A stretch of DNA of 64,000 nt, taken from assembly GCA_030704615.1 (NCBI GenBank), contig CM060732.1:29140001-29204000 (forward strand), written 5' to 3'. Numbering within the stretch: position 1 is the stretch's first letter; every line of letters starts with the position of its first letter. This DNA comes from Takakia lepidozioides (lineage: Eukaryota > Plantae > Bryophyta). Below, piece by piece: positions 43,004 to 54,967 of this stretch. The translations under genes were made by a program, and so were the position numbers. The notes beneath the pieces were generated by a model. The model was not told the origin of the DNA and searched no databases. It was given only the letters and a program-made list of their open reading frames with translations.

Positions 43004-46000
43004 TGTTTGCTTCGACACAAGCATTGTCGTGCGCATACATATCGCTACACAACTACATCGTTATCCACACCACACACCGCATACACTAGTCTATTACTAG
43101 TCTTGATAAGCTCACGGGAAAGCTTGCACGATGGGCACTCATACTCCAAGAGTATTATGACTTTCAGGTTGTGCATCGACTCGGTTTGGTCAATCGGGAT
43201 GCCGAAGGATTGAGTCGCAATCCATGCACGAGCCAGCAGGATGATACTGGAGCTCGGTGACATGGTGAGACAGACGAGGAAATGGTACCAGGATGGTATG
43301 CATCTGCATTCATGTGTATCTTGGCAGTGGAAGGCCACCTTGGACCTACAACAGGGATGATTGTAGATGGAGTGTCTGAGGACCCTGAGGCCACTGACGA
43401 GCCAGGTGGCGCCAAAGATATACATGAGGATTCAGCGGTGTTGGACTACCTCCGTACTAGGGAGATGGCAGCCACTGTGACTGCCAAGGAGAGGGATCGG
43501 ATCCTACAAGGAGCCAAGAGGTTCAAGTGGGAGGGGACATACCTACTCTGAGTGTGTAAAGATGGTCGAGTGAGGATTGTGCCTCACCCGACACAGCGGG
43601 CCCAGTTAGTGCGGCATGCCCATGAGGAGTTGGGGCTTTTGGAGTGCGACGCACTCACAGTTTACTATAGGGACAGTATTGGTGGCGGGTTGTAACAGTT
43701 TGTAGCTAGGTGCATGGTGTATGACAAGGTCCGTGCTTCATTCAATGCCCATACACCCCAGTTGCATCTTTTACCCATTATGGGATTAGGCTACCGATGG
43801 AGTCTTGACTTTGCAGGACCGTTGCCACTGATGATGCGTCACCACAAATATGTATTGGTGATGGTGGAACATTTCTCCAAGTGGATTGAGTTGGTTCCAT
43901 TGCCTGACAAGGCTAGTGAGGGGGCTACGTATGCATTCTTAGATCGTGTGCTTAGCCGATTCGGTGCTCCGGTTGAGGTACTCACGGACCAAGGGAGGGG
44001 GGGAGTTTTAGGCGTAGTGTGACAAGTCTTGATAGACCACCACATCACTTCTCGGGATCATCCAAGGCTGATGGCTTGGCAGAGAGAGTTGTGCAGACGG
44101 TGAAGAGGAATTTGCGCAAGTATAACTTATAGAAAGGACACCTAGGAGATTGGGACTTTCAACTACCATGGTTTACCATGGGCTACAGGTTCAGCAAGCA
44201 AGCATCACTTGCCTGCTTCTCACCATATTTCTTTTTCTTTGGCCAAGAGCCGGATTTTCCTACATCCATTCATAGAGAAGCTACTAAAGTTCTCAACCTT
44301 GATGATCCGGAGGTGTGGGCACGTACATGTGATCAGTGTGCGAGTTGTTCAAAAAAGTCATGCCCATGGATTTTGAGAACCTTGCCGTTGCACAACATCG
44401 TGCAGATACGTTGAGGTATGCCAAATGTTATACGTGATGGTGGCTATCATCATGAGGTTCGGAGGTTTCATCATGGGGACTATGTTTATTTGCAGCAGAG
44501 TGCTCCTACGACCCTGGATCTGACGACAGGGTGTGTTATTTTGAGGGTTCGAGAGGTGTTGCCCTCACGAGTCATAATCTTGGAGGGTCGGGATGGCATG
44601 ACTTGGAAGGATCATGTGCGTAATTGTGCGCCATGCCATCTTTCCAAACTTGGCAGTAACTTACCCGCAGGTTTGAGGTGCATGTTGTGTAGGTCTGCCA
44701 GAGGGACAACCACCTTGCTGACCTGTGTGATCGTTGCTCAAGAGGTTACCACATGGGATGTTTGACACCGCCTCTTGAGAAGGTTCCGGATGGAGATTGG
44801 TTATGTCCACACTGCTTAGGATAATGGCAGTGGATACGACCAGTGGCAGCTAACAAGACATACGAGACCAAGCTCATGGGAGGCCAATACACGAGATCTT
44901 AGGCTCAAATTCACAGATTGCAATACGGCGACTAACGATGGGGCTAATCTTTGTACCCGACCTCTTGATCTATCGACTTTGAATCCAAGAGAGATAGTGG
45001 TGGAGGATCAGTGAGGCTACAACCACTATCTTGTGGCTACTTGACTTAGAGGGACCTAAGCACCAGCTAGGGGGGTGATTGTAGTAGACTAGTGATAGCC
45101 TAGTGGCATAGACTAGTGGCTGCCACTGACTAGCCACGGACTAGTGGTAGACTATGACACAGACTAGTGGTTGCCTAGTAACTGCATAGTGATAGCCTAG
45201 TGGCAGGCAGCTAGTGGAGATGACAGAGTAATGACTGCATAGTGACAGCCTAGGATTCCATCAACCACTTGAGCGGCTGGTGATCTATGACAAAGGTGAA
45301 GAGATTGTTGTATAGATAACACCTGAAGTGTGTCACGGCCCACACTGCAGCTAAGCACTCTCCCTCGTAGGAACTATATTTAGCCTCTGCAGCGTTATTC
45401 AAGTGGCTAGCATAAGCCACCACAAACTCTCTTCCCTCATTATCCACCTATGTGAGCACCGCTCTAAGCCCCAGCATGCTCCAATCCGTATACAGCTAAA
45501 AGGGACGCCCCTTGATAGTCTCAAGATGGGCACCGAGGTCAATCTCATCTTGAGCTCTTGGAAAGCTCATTCTTGTCCATCTTCCCACTGCCATTCCAGA
45601 TCCACCTTGGTCAGCTTGGTTGGAGCTTTTGCAATGGCACTAAATCCCTTGACAAACCGCCTGTAGTAGTTTGTCAACCCCATGAAAACTCAAACTCGGC
45701 TCACATCTGTGGGGCGTGGAATCTGCGCAATGGCCTCTACCTTAGTCTATTGTACCCCCAATCCTCCAGGATATATCACGTGGCCCAGATATTCAATCCG
45801 GTTGTGAAATAACTTGCACTTCTCCGGATGTAACTTCAATTAGTGCGCTCTCAAGCGCTCAAATACCACCTCAAGGTGTCTCTCATGCTCCTCCATCATA
45901 GCACTAAAGATGATAATGTCATATATGTAGCACCGATCAAACTCTACCCCTGCTAGAATCATGTCTATGACTCTCTGAAACTCTACATGAGCATTCTTCA

Positions 46001-46187
46001 GCCCAAATGGTAAGAATCGCCACTGATATAGGCAATTTTTGCCATGCTCATTGATCCCCCAGAAATGTCGTCTTTTGCTTGTCCGCCTCCTTGATCGGCA
46101 ACTGATGATATCCGGATCGCAAATCCAAAGTGCTAAAGACCTTGGCATACCCAATGACATCAAAGATCTCCTCTAGTGTTGGCATGG
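43004..46187. mobile_element. Degenerate Ty3/Gypsy element with PHD-finger integrase, internally inverted
   Basis: Minus strand RT/RH 46187-45253 (PFGLKNA, YSSYEGECLAAVWAV, DHQPLKWLMES). Plus strand 43105-44823: DKLTGKLARW, WSLDFAGPLP, VEHFSKW, LTDQG, PHD CMLC..C/DRC..YHMGC..WLCPHC. PPT-like G tract ~45068-45076, then LTR remnant. Confidence 0.88.
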
Positions 46188-49100
46188 TGTCAAGGACGAG
46201 GGCATGACTGAACACAAACAAGAGATCAGACTTAGAGGTACAAGACTAGACACGAAGTCAAGGTTGGCGTGGCCGAATGCATGATGGGTAAAAAAGAATC
46301 AAGATGATTTTTATAACAATGGACAAGAGTACAAGATACTAGAACTTAATTTGAATATTGGAATGCTGGAAACTGGACTGGAGTACCAGAAACTAGATTA
46401 GAGTACTGGAGGCTGGACTGGAGTACTGGGACTGGAAACAAGAGTAGTTTGAACTTGTGTTGGTGAGACTGAAGAGTGTCCAGTCTCACCTCCAATATAT
46501 ATTGGCTACTAGGAAGTTTCCTAAGAAGCTTCCATAGCCAAGGGAAGTCTCCTGAGAAGCTTCCCCTGCCAAGGGAAGTCCCTGAGAAGCTTCCTCCACC
46601 AATAAGCTTCCTGAGCAGTTTCCTGAGTTCATCTCAGTAATTTGATAGTTACTTCTGGTAATTTGATAACTCATTGTAACTTCTGGTAAATCATGGTAAA
46701 TCATGATAGATCACGATAAATCATGGTAATTTTTTATAACTTGGTAACTTCTGGTATTTACTCCTGGTAACTTGTTCCTCTGGGCTATGTCCGTGATATC
46801 ACCCCCTCATTTAGCGTTGAGTTCCTCGAGGAGCAGTAAAATCTTGGGCTTGCCTAAAGTTGAAGGAAATCCAAAATTCGGCAAATTGTATTTGCCAAAT
46901 AGTCGGCCCTTCGTTCTTGACTCAAATGATTTATAGGTCCCTACAACCATCGATAGTGTCCGACACCTTGAACTTAGGACCACGTCTAAGTGATTTGAGC
47001 ATTCTGATTTTTTAAGTTGCCTTCAAACATGATTTTGTTGCCCTCGGGGTCCGAATCCTTAACCTCCAACAATATTATTAAGCTTCAGTACGCTCCATTT
47101 GCCGTCGCACAGGGTCCAGACGAGGAAGCATGCGTCGCATTGGTGACCCGTCGTCCTGAGGACGTCATCGTGAAGGTTGCAAGTCGGAACGGCTGGTCTG
47201 GAAGTTGGGTGAGCGACTGCTCCAATGTATCTGATTCTTGTGACTCCATGTTGCCAATACAAGATGCAAGAGTATTTGAAGTGTAGCTATATATACTGAT
47301 CTGTTGTGCTCCCCCCTCCGTAGCGTGTATCAGGTATACTGAATGTGGAGGCTTCACCTTGAAGCTAACTTGACTGACATCATCGTTGTGACGACTTATT
47401 GACATGTGGCTCGAGGCTTGGCTGGATATCGTTGATGAAACTCTTGGACTTTGTCAGATGCATTGGCGAGGTTGGATGACCGTTCCCACGTTCGTTCGCT
47501 GATGTTGTAACCTTTCCAATATACGAAATACTCAAGACGTTTATATTTGATGCGAGAGTCTAGGACTTTGTCGAGTTCATACTTGATTTCCTGATTGACT
47601 CCAATCGGTGGAGGTGGTACGGAAACTCACCTAGTAATACTTGAGTGATGATACAACTCTAATAATGAGACATGGAAGACCGGGTGGATGCGCATACTTC
47701 GTGGGAGTTCAAACCGAAAACTGACCGGATTTATTTGACGAATAATTTTGAATGGTCCCAGAATCCAACTTTCTTGATGGTCGCGAGGTTTGTATGTCTC
47801 GTCGAAGAAACCATACACGATCTCCAACCTTGAACTGGGGTTGGAATTGACGATGTTGATCTGCATACTCCTTGTATTGTTTTTTAGCTTCTGCGAGATG
47901 GAATGTAAGCTCCTTGTGAACCGTAGCAAGATGAGTAACAAGGTTTTTTGCAACAGGGCTTTTAACAGTCTTCATGTGGAAAGAGTTTGCTCGAGGATGA
48001 TGACCATAATTAGAGAAAAATGGAGTTTGTTTGGTCGAAGAATGTATAGTGTTATTGTAGGCAAACACAGCTAATGACAGAAGATCCGTCCAATTATCTT
48101 GGTGATAAATTATCGTACAACGAAGATACTGCTCCAAAATCTGGTTTACGCGTTCGATTTGACCATCAGTCTACAGATGATTAGCTGTAGAGAGGTTGAT
48201 CTTCGTATCTAATATGTGAAATAATCCCCTCCAGAAATTTGATATGAACTGTGGTCCTCGATCAGATACAATGTCCTTCGGGAGTCCATGAATGTGGTAG
48301 ATATTATTGAGAAAAAGTCTTGCAGTTTCCTCGCCTGTAACTGTCTTATTACATATAATAAAATGTGTCATCTTCATAAAACGATCCACAATAACAAGGA
48401 TTGAATCGGCGGTCTTGGAAATTGGAAGGTCCATAATAAAGTCCATAGACACGGACGATCATGGACCCTTGGGAATGGGTAATGGTTTAAGAAGGTCGTA
48501 AAATCAATGTCGTGGTCATTTCGCTCTAGCACACGTTTTGCAAGATTTTATAAATTCTTTCACGAGTTTTCACATTTGCAGGCACCAATAGTCCATGGAT
48601 ATCAGTTCCATTGTTTTGTTGAAGCCGAAATGTCCTGCAGCCGAAAGATCATGACATGTTTCAAAAAATTCGAAGTCGTATAGATCTTGGAGGTACATAG
48701 AGAAGTCTTTTGAAGTAAAGTAAACCATATTTGAATTTGAAATCGTTTGTAACATATGGGTGGTCTTGATGTTGATTCAGTTGACTTCGTAGTGTTTTAG
48801 CAAATTGGTCGCTCTTCAGTGCTTCCTGAATCTCCTTTATGATCTCTGCATCGTCATAGGTGGACATGGATAATATATTCAATTGGAGGTTTGCTGGTTC
48901 AAGGTGATGGATTTCTGTTGGTCGAAAGCTACGTCCCCTTCTTTTGACGCAAGATACAATCATCGAGAATGAGCATATGGTTTTTCTTGAAGATGTCTGG
49001 GGCGGTAGGTAATAACAAAATCAAACCTTGCTAGTGACATACTCCATCTCGCTTGATGTCGATTCAAACCTACTGACTGACTGCCCCCATCCCAGCTTAT

Positions 49101-50215
49101 CTGATTTCCGTCAGACACCATTGCTGACACAAAACAGGATGTAGAAATACTCGAGGTTTTTGTGATCGGTGTAGACAGTGACTTGCTATTTAGCTCCCTC
49201 CAATAGATGACACCACTCCTCAAAAGCATCGATAATCGCTATAAGTTCTTTGTCATGGATTTCATAATTGATTTCTGCAGCGGAAAATTTGCGAGAACGA
49301 AAACCAACAGGGTGAAGTCAGGCATCCGTACCGTGTACAGCACCAATTGCAAAGTCCAATGCATCTACTTCAAAAAGAATGGTTTAGATGGGTCTGCATG
49401 TACCAAAATTGGAGCCGTGGTAAAGGCCTGCTTCAGCCTTTCAAATGTCTGGTCAGCCTTTTCGTCCCATACAAATTTGTCCTTCCCTGTGAGTCGTGTC
49501 AATGATGCAGCAATTTTGGAGTAGTCATTGATGAAGATTATATAGAAATTTGCAAATCCCAGAAAACATTGTACATCTGGGACCGAAGTTGGTTTAATCC
49601 ACTCGATGATGATTTGTATTTTCTTATAATTCATAAATACTCATTTGTCAAAAATAATGTAGCCCAAAAATTCGACTTCAGATTGGTGGAAAAAATATTT
49701 TTTCAAAGGCATATAGTCATCTTTTCCTCAATTTATCAAGAACCAGATGTACATGACGACCATGTTCTTCTTCATTATATGAAAATATCAAAATGTCGTC
49801 CAAATAGATGACTATAAAATCATCTAAAAATTCTCGAAAGATGTCATTCATTATGTGTTGGAAAATTGCTAGAGCATTTGTAAGACCGAAAGACATAACA
49901 TTGTATTCGAAATGTCCGTACTTTATGCGAAAAGCAACTTTTCATTCGTTTCTTTCTTTTATTCGTACAAGGCTGTAAACTCATCTCAAGTCAATCTTTG
50001 TGAAAAAATTTGCTAGTCCAAGTTGTTCGAGGAGTCCGGAAATCAGCGGTAGTGGGTAATGATTTTTGATAGTTTGTTGAGCCCACGATAGTCCACACAC
50101 ATGCATAACGATCTGTCATTCTTCTTCACAAAAAAGATAGGTGTTCCCGCGGGTGATTTCGAATGTCGAATGAAATTCTTCGACAAATTTTCATCAATGT
50201 ACTCATGTAAAGGTC
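46188..50215 (-). mobile_element. Degenerate Tcn1-like chromovirus (RT-RH-INT-chromodomain plus 3' LTR 46188-46798), inserted into the PHD-type element
   Basis: [71 protein letters not shown]; LTR TGTCAAGGAC..GTCCGTGATA with PPT at ~46801-46812; many stops; ~570-bp unrelated insert at ~46830-47400. Confidence 0.88.
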
Positions 50216-50219
50216 TCGT

Positions 50220-51010
50220 GTCGTTGCAGCTGCTGCCTTTGGTTGACCATCTACCCATGCAGGGTTCTTGTAGCTATTGATCCACAGGGGATCATAGACA
50301 ATCTAGAGCTTGAAGTTCGGCCCTCTGGACCCATACTCTATCCCTGGTCCTTCAGCTGTCCATGCATTTGCACAAATCATGCATACATCCTTGTCTTCCT
50401 GCTAGCAGCTGACAATGACAGCCTAGATTTGTTCTAGGAACACCCAACTCAACTTATCACACTAGTTCCTATGCTCAATGACATCTGCTACTATCTGTAA
50501 TCCAACAGACATTCACTTTTTTGCCTCGATTATTCCACTTTTGACTGGGGTCAGAAAAGTATTCGTTCCACAACTTCTCCTCGTCTCTATTATCTGTTTC
50601 TAGACACTTTCATGTTGTCACATTGGCAGTATCATGTCAAAGTCACTCCAAACTATCAAAAGGTTCACTCAACCATCTAACTTGCAGAATTCAACCTGAA
50701 AATTTAGGGCTGATTCTGATAAGAGGGAAAAACAGGGTGAAATGTGTTGAAGAATGTGTCTTCATTAGCAGTGTCTGATTTTTTCAATTATGTTGTTGCT
50801 GATGCGACTTCCAGTTGACCATCTACCCATGCAGGTTTCTTAAAGCTATCCTTCCACAGGGAATCATAGGTAATCTGGAATTTGAAATCCGGCCCTCTTG
50901 GATGAATCTGGACCCACACTCTATCCCTGCTAATCCTTCAGCTATCGGTGCCTCTATACAAATCATGCATATATCCTTACCTTACTGCTAGCAACTGACA
51001 ATGACAGCTT
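50220..51010 (-). pseudogene. Tandem OSB-type PDF-motif exons (paralog of 2700-5030)
   Basis: Minus strand reads RDEEKLWNEYFSDPSQKWNNRGKK|gtgaat, [26 protein letters not shown] and IHPRGPDFKFQITYDSLW..KPAWVDGQL. Confidence 0.75.
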
Positions 51011-51359
51011 AGAAGATGCCCTGCGGTCGACCACCCACCCACGCACGTGGGAGAGTAGGGGAGAGGAGGGAAAGGAGAAAGCCCGCGGGAGGGAAAGAAA
51101 TAGATCACGGGGAGAAGAAGAAAAAATAAAATAAACGAAACAAAATGATGCATCGCGGTGCAAAACGATTTGATCTCGTGATGCATCGCGACCTAATCGT
51201 TGTCCCTACCACTAGACTACCCCCTCAAATTCAACAACCCCCTCATGTACTTTTATATTTAAGGTGTTCTAAACCCCCCTATGTATGTATAATATTGTAC
51301 ATGGGGGGTTAAAAATATCCCCTCCAACCAAATGGAATCCCCCCCTACCAAATTACTGA

Positions 51360-51535
51360 GAGTAACTCAGGAAACTGCTAAGGAAGCTTCATGGTGGAGG
51401 AAGCTTCTCAAGAGACTTCCCTTGGTCAAGGAAGCTTCTTAGGAGACTTCCTTCAGTTGAGGAAGTTTCTCAGGAGACTTCCTTTGGCAAGGGAATCTTC
51501 TCAAGAGACTTCCCTTGGCTAGGGAAGCTTCGCAG
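51360..51535 (+). repeat. ~30-bp tandem repeats matching the interior of the LTR at 46510-46630 (inverted)
   Basis: GGAAGCTTCTCAAGAGACTTCCCTTGG-like units repeated about five times; reverse complement present at ~46535-46600. Confidence 0.7.
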
Positions 51536-51539
51536 GTCG

Positions 51540-54500
51540 CCTAGAGGATATTCTTCGACGATGGAATAATCATAATATTCCCAACCATATGCAGATGGGC
51601 CTATTTGTAGAAGGGTTGGCTCCAGCAAAACTGAAACGTTTTGTTAAAGAAGGTATTCCTACAGATTTACAGGCAGCAATTAATAGGGCCAAGTTATAGG
51701 AGACTATTAATTTCACTACTTATTCAGTTGGACCCACGACAATGTTTGACACTGATTCCTGGGCCCCACAAGCATCGCCGACTCCAGTGCCTATGTCTCC
51801 CTCTTCAGCTCAGTCTACTGTGGGAATGTATGCCCCTTATCCTTGCAGAATCAATTACCAGCTGGTGTAGTATTTGACCCACAAGAAGGGCAGATTGCTG
51901 CATTGACTAAGAAATGGAAGAACTCTCCATACAATTAGTTTCTCAGCGAGAAGGGAGACCCAAGCCAAATAATCAGCGAACCAATATGTGGTGTTCTAAT
52001 TGTCAGGTTCATGGATATCTTGCTAATGAGTGCCCAGTGGGTCCAGTGACCAACCGCATTAATGGAGCTGTTGCTAAATGTGGTTATTGTGATAAAATAG
52101 GACATGTGATATTACAGTGTTGGCATTTACAATCAGCCATGGGACTGACTCCCATAAAGAAGAACTCGAGGACGGGTTGGGATGTCAATCAAATTGGGTT
52201 GACTCCACCATCTGCCAACCAGCATTTGGCTGTTCAATGGTCTGACCAACCTCCCCAGGGTCAGCAACCTTGGAGACCAACCCGAGGGCCACAGAGCTGG
52301 TACCAGTCGGCTAATCAACCTACTCGACAGCAAGTGAGGGGAATACCACCTCAGGGAGCCTATGGTCAAACCTATGGGGGCGGAGGAGGCCAACAGCAGT
52401 AGATGTATCCACAACAGACCAATGCTCCTTATTGACCACTTGCTTGACGATTGCGGAATGGTCAAGGTCCTGTTTGCTATTGTTGCCATGAGCTTGGACA
52501 TATTGCCAACGAATGCCCTAATCCGAAACCCCGGTTGATTATATTCCGCTTTGTGGACGTTGTGGAGGTCAGGGACATATTGCTGAACAATGTGAGAGTC
52601 CATACCCCCAAAACCCCATCCATCAGCAAACTTCATCAATCCCTACGCCTCCGGGTTCAGGATCAGTTCCATCAACTGCAGGCCCGTCACATTCTTTTGG
52701 AAATACTAATACCAATCGAGTTGTGAATCGAGTACAGGAATGTGTGGGGAATATGACAAGTGATATGGCTGATAAGAGAGCCACTTTGAAGGGCAAAGGC
52801 AAGATAGAAGCAGCCGATACCCCTTTGCGAGTCAGATGATCCCATGGTTAAAGCGGTTACCACCAGATCTCGTAAGTTATTGCCGATTTACCGTATCGTG
52901 GAGGAATCTGCTAGCACCAAAATAAACGTAGCTTTTAGAGCTGATAATCCTAAATCCCTCCAATCTAAAGCTAAAAATGATTGGGGGAAAGGCACTTTGA
53001 CTTTGGGTAAAGAAGAACAAAAGGTGGTGTTGCAAATGTACCCAGTAACATATCATGGGGAGACCCAGGAGTTAGAATCTGAGTTTACCTCTGAACCTGA
53101 AGAAAGGACCACTGACACCTTTAGTGATCTTCAAGTCCTACCATTGTCACCTAAACATACACGTAGCCAACGGATCTACCGATGTGCTAATCTAGGGGAG
53201 TATCCCTGGCATGGTGATTTCGATAGTGACTCTGATGATGCTATTTTGCGATGGGAGGGAGCCCGATCATCTTATATGGAGCAGCATGAATCTGAGTGGG
53301 AATTGGCCACCACGTCGGAAGATATCGCGTGGTTTGATTCAGCTGATGATAACCCTACTCCATTGGTGAAGAAAGACCCCTATCAAACCTTGAATCCAAA
53401 TACAGCTGCTGAGCCCAATGACATTATAATTTCTGCGAAAATCCCATCAAATGAATTGTCTATGTGGAAGGAGTTCTTCCAAAAACATCGTACGGGTTTT
53501 TGCATGGACCTATACTGATCTTCGGGGTGTACCCCCAGAAATTTGCCAGCATCGCATTATATTAGAGGAAGGAGTAATGCCAGTACGACAACGCCAACAT
53601 TGATTGAATCCTAAATATTCTCTGTTGATTAAAGAAGAGCTGGATAAATTGTTAGCTGCTGGATTCATTTATCCTGTACCCTATGCGATTGGGTATCGCC
53701 AATAGTGGTTGTGCCCAAGAAACAATCGGGCAAAGTACGAATCTGTCAAGATTTCCGGAAACTTAATGCTGTGACTCGAAATGATTATTTTCCATTACCT
53801 TTCACTGATACTATTTTGGATGCAGTAGCGGGCCATGAGTGTTATTCTTTCCTCGATGGATTTTCTGGTTATAATCAAATCACGATCGCAGAGGAGGATC
53901 GGCCAAAGACTACTTTTACTACCCATTGGGGTATTTAGGCCTATAAAGTCATGCCCTTCGGACTTTGCAATGCTCCTGCTACGTTTCAACGTGTAATGAC
54001 TGCCGCCTTTCAGGATTATTTGCGTTTATTTATGGAGATCTTTTTGGATGATTTTTGTATCTATAGTAGCAAAGCAACACATGCTGAGATGTTGGAGCTG
54101 TGCTTTCAGAAATGGAAGGAGTATGGAATCTCCTTGAATGCAGGAAAAATGTCAATTTTTGGTTATCAAGGGAAAACTTTTAGGCCATATTGTATCAGTA
54201 CAAGGGATATCGACTCACCCCACCAAGGTTGAGATTATTGTCCAATTACCTACCCCCACGACAAAGACAGAGGTACGTGCCTTTTTTAGACATGCGGGTT
54301 ACTATCGCCGCTTTATCCGTCGATATGCCGAGATTGCCTTACCATTGATGCAATTGTTGAAACACGACGCCGAACAATAGTGGACAAAAGAATGTCAGCA
54401 TTCTTTTCATGAATTAAAAGGTCGATTGATAAAGGCGCCTATCTTGATTTCCCCCGATTGGAATAAGGAGTTTCAGGTATATGTGGATGCCTCAAACTAT

Positions 54501-54960
54501 GCCATTGGTAGCGTTTTAAGTCAGAAGATGAAAAGTCGTTTGATCATTATATTTTGCAAGTCGTCAATTGGCTACGGCGGAGAAAAATTACACTACCACT
54601 GAACGAAAAAGTTTGGGCATGATTTATTCGGTTCAGAAGTATCGCCATTATTTATTGGGTTACCCATTTGTTTTTCATGTTGATCATGATGTACTAAAAT
54701 ATCTTATTAATAAACCTCACTGAGTGGCAGAGTGGCCCGGTGAGTTATTTTGTTGCAAGAGTTTACTCTTAAAATTGTGGTTCGCCCTGGGCGCAAGCAT
54801 GCTAATGCCGATCATTTAAGTCGTCTATCGAAGGAAGTGGGCGAAGAGCCGATAGATGATTCTCTTCCAAATGCTACCCTTTTTGTGGTTGACATGGGAG
54901 TATGCTCTAATCTTTAATTACCTATCGTTACAACAATTTCAAGAGGATTATACTGAGAAG
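51540..54960 (+). mobile_element. Degenerate non-chromovirus Ty3/Gypsy gag-pol (zinc-knuckle gag, RT, RNase H)
   Basis: Knuckles CSNCQVHGYLANEC, CGYCDKIGHVILQC, CYCCHELGHIANEC, CGRCGGQGHIAEQC; RT ICQDFRKLN..FLDGFSGYNQI, MPFGLCNAPATFQR, FLDDF; RH VDASNYAIG; protease not seen. Confidence 0.88.
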
Positions 54961-54967
54961 CAGAACC

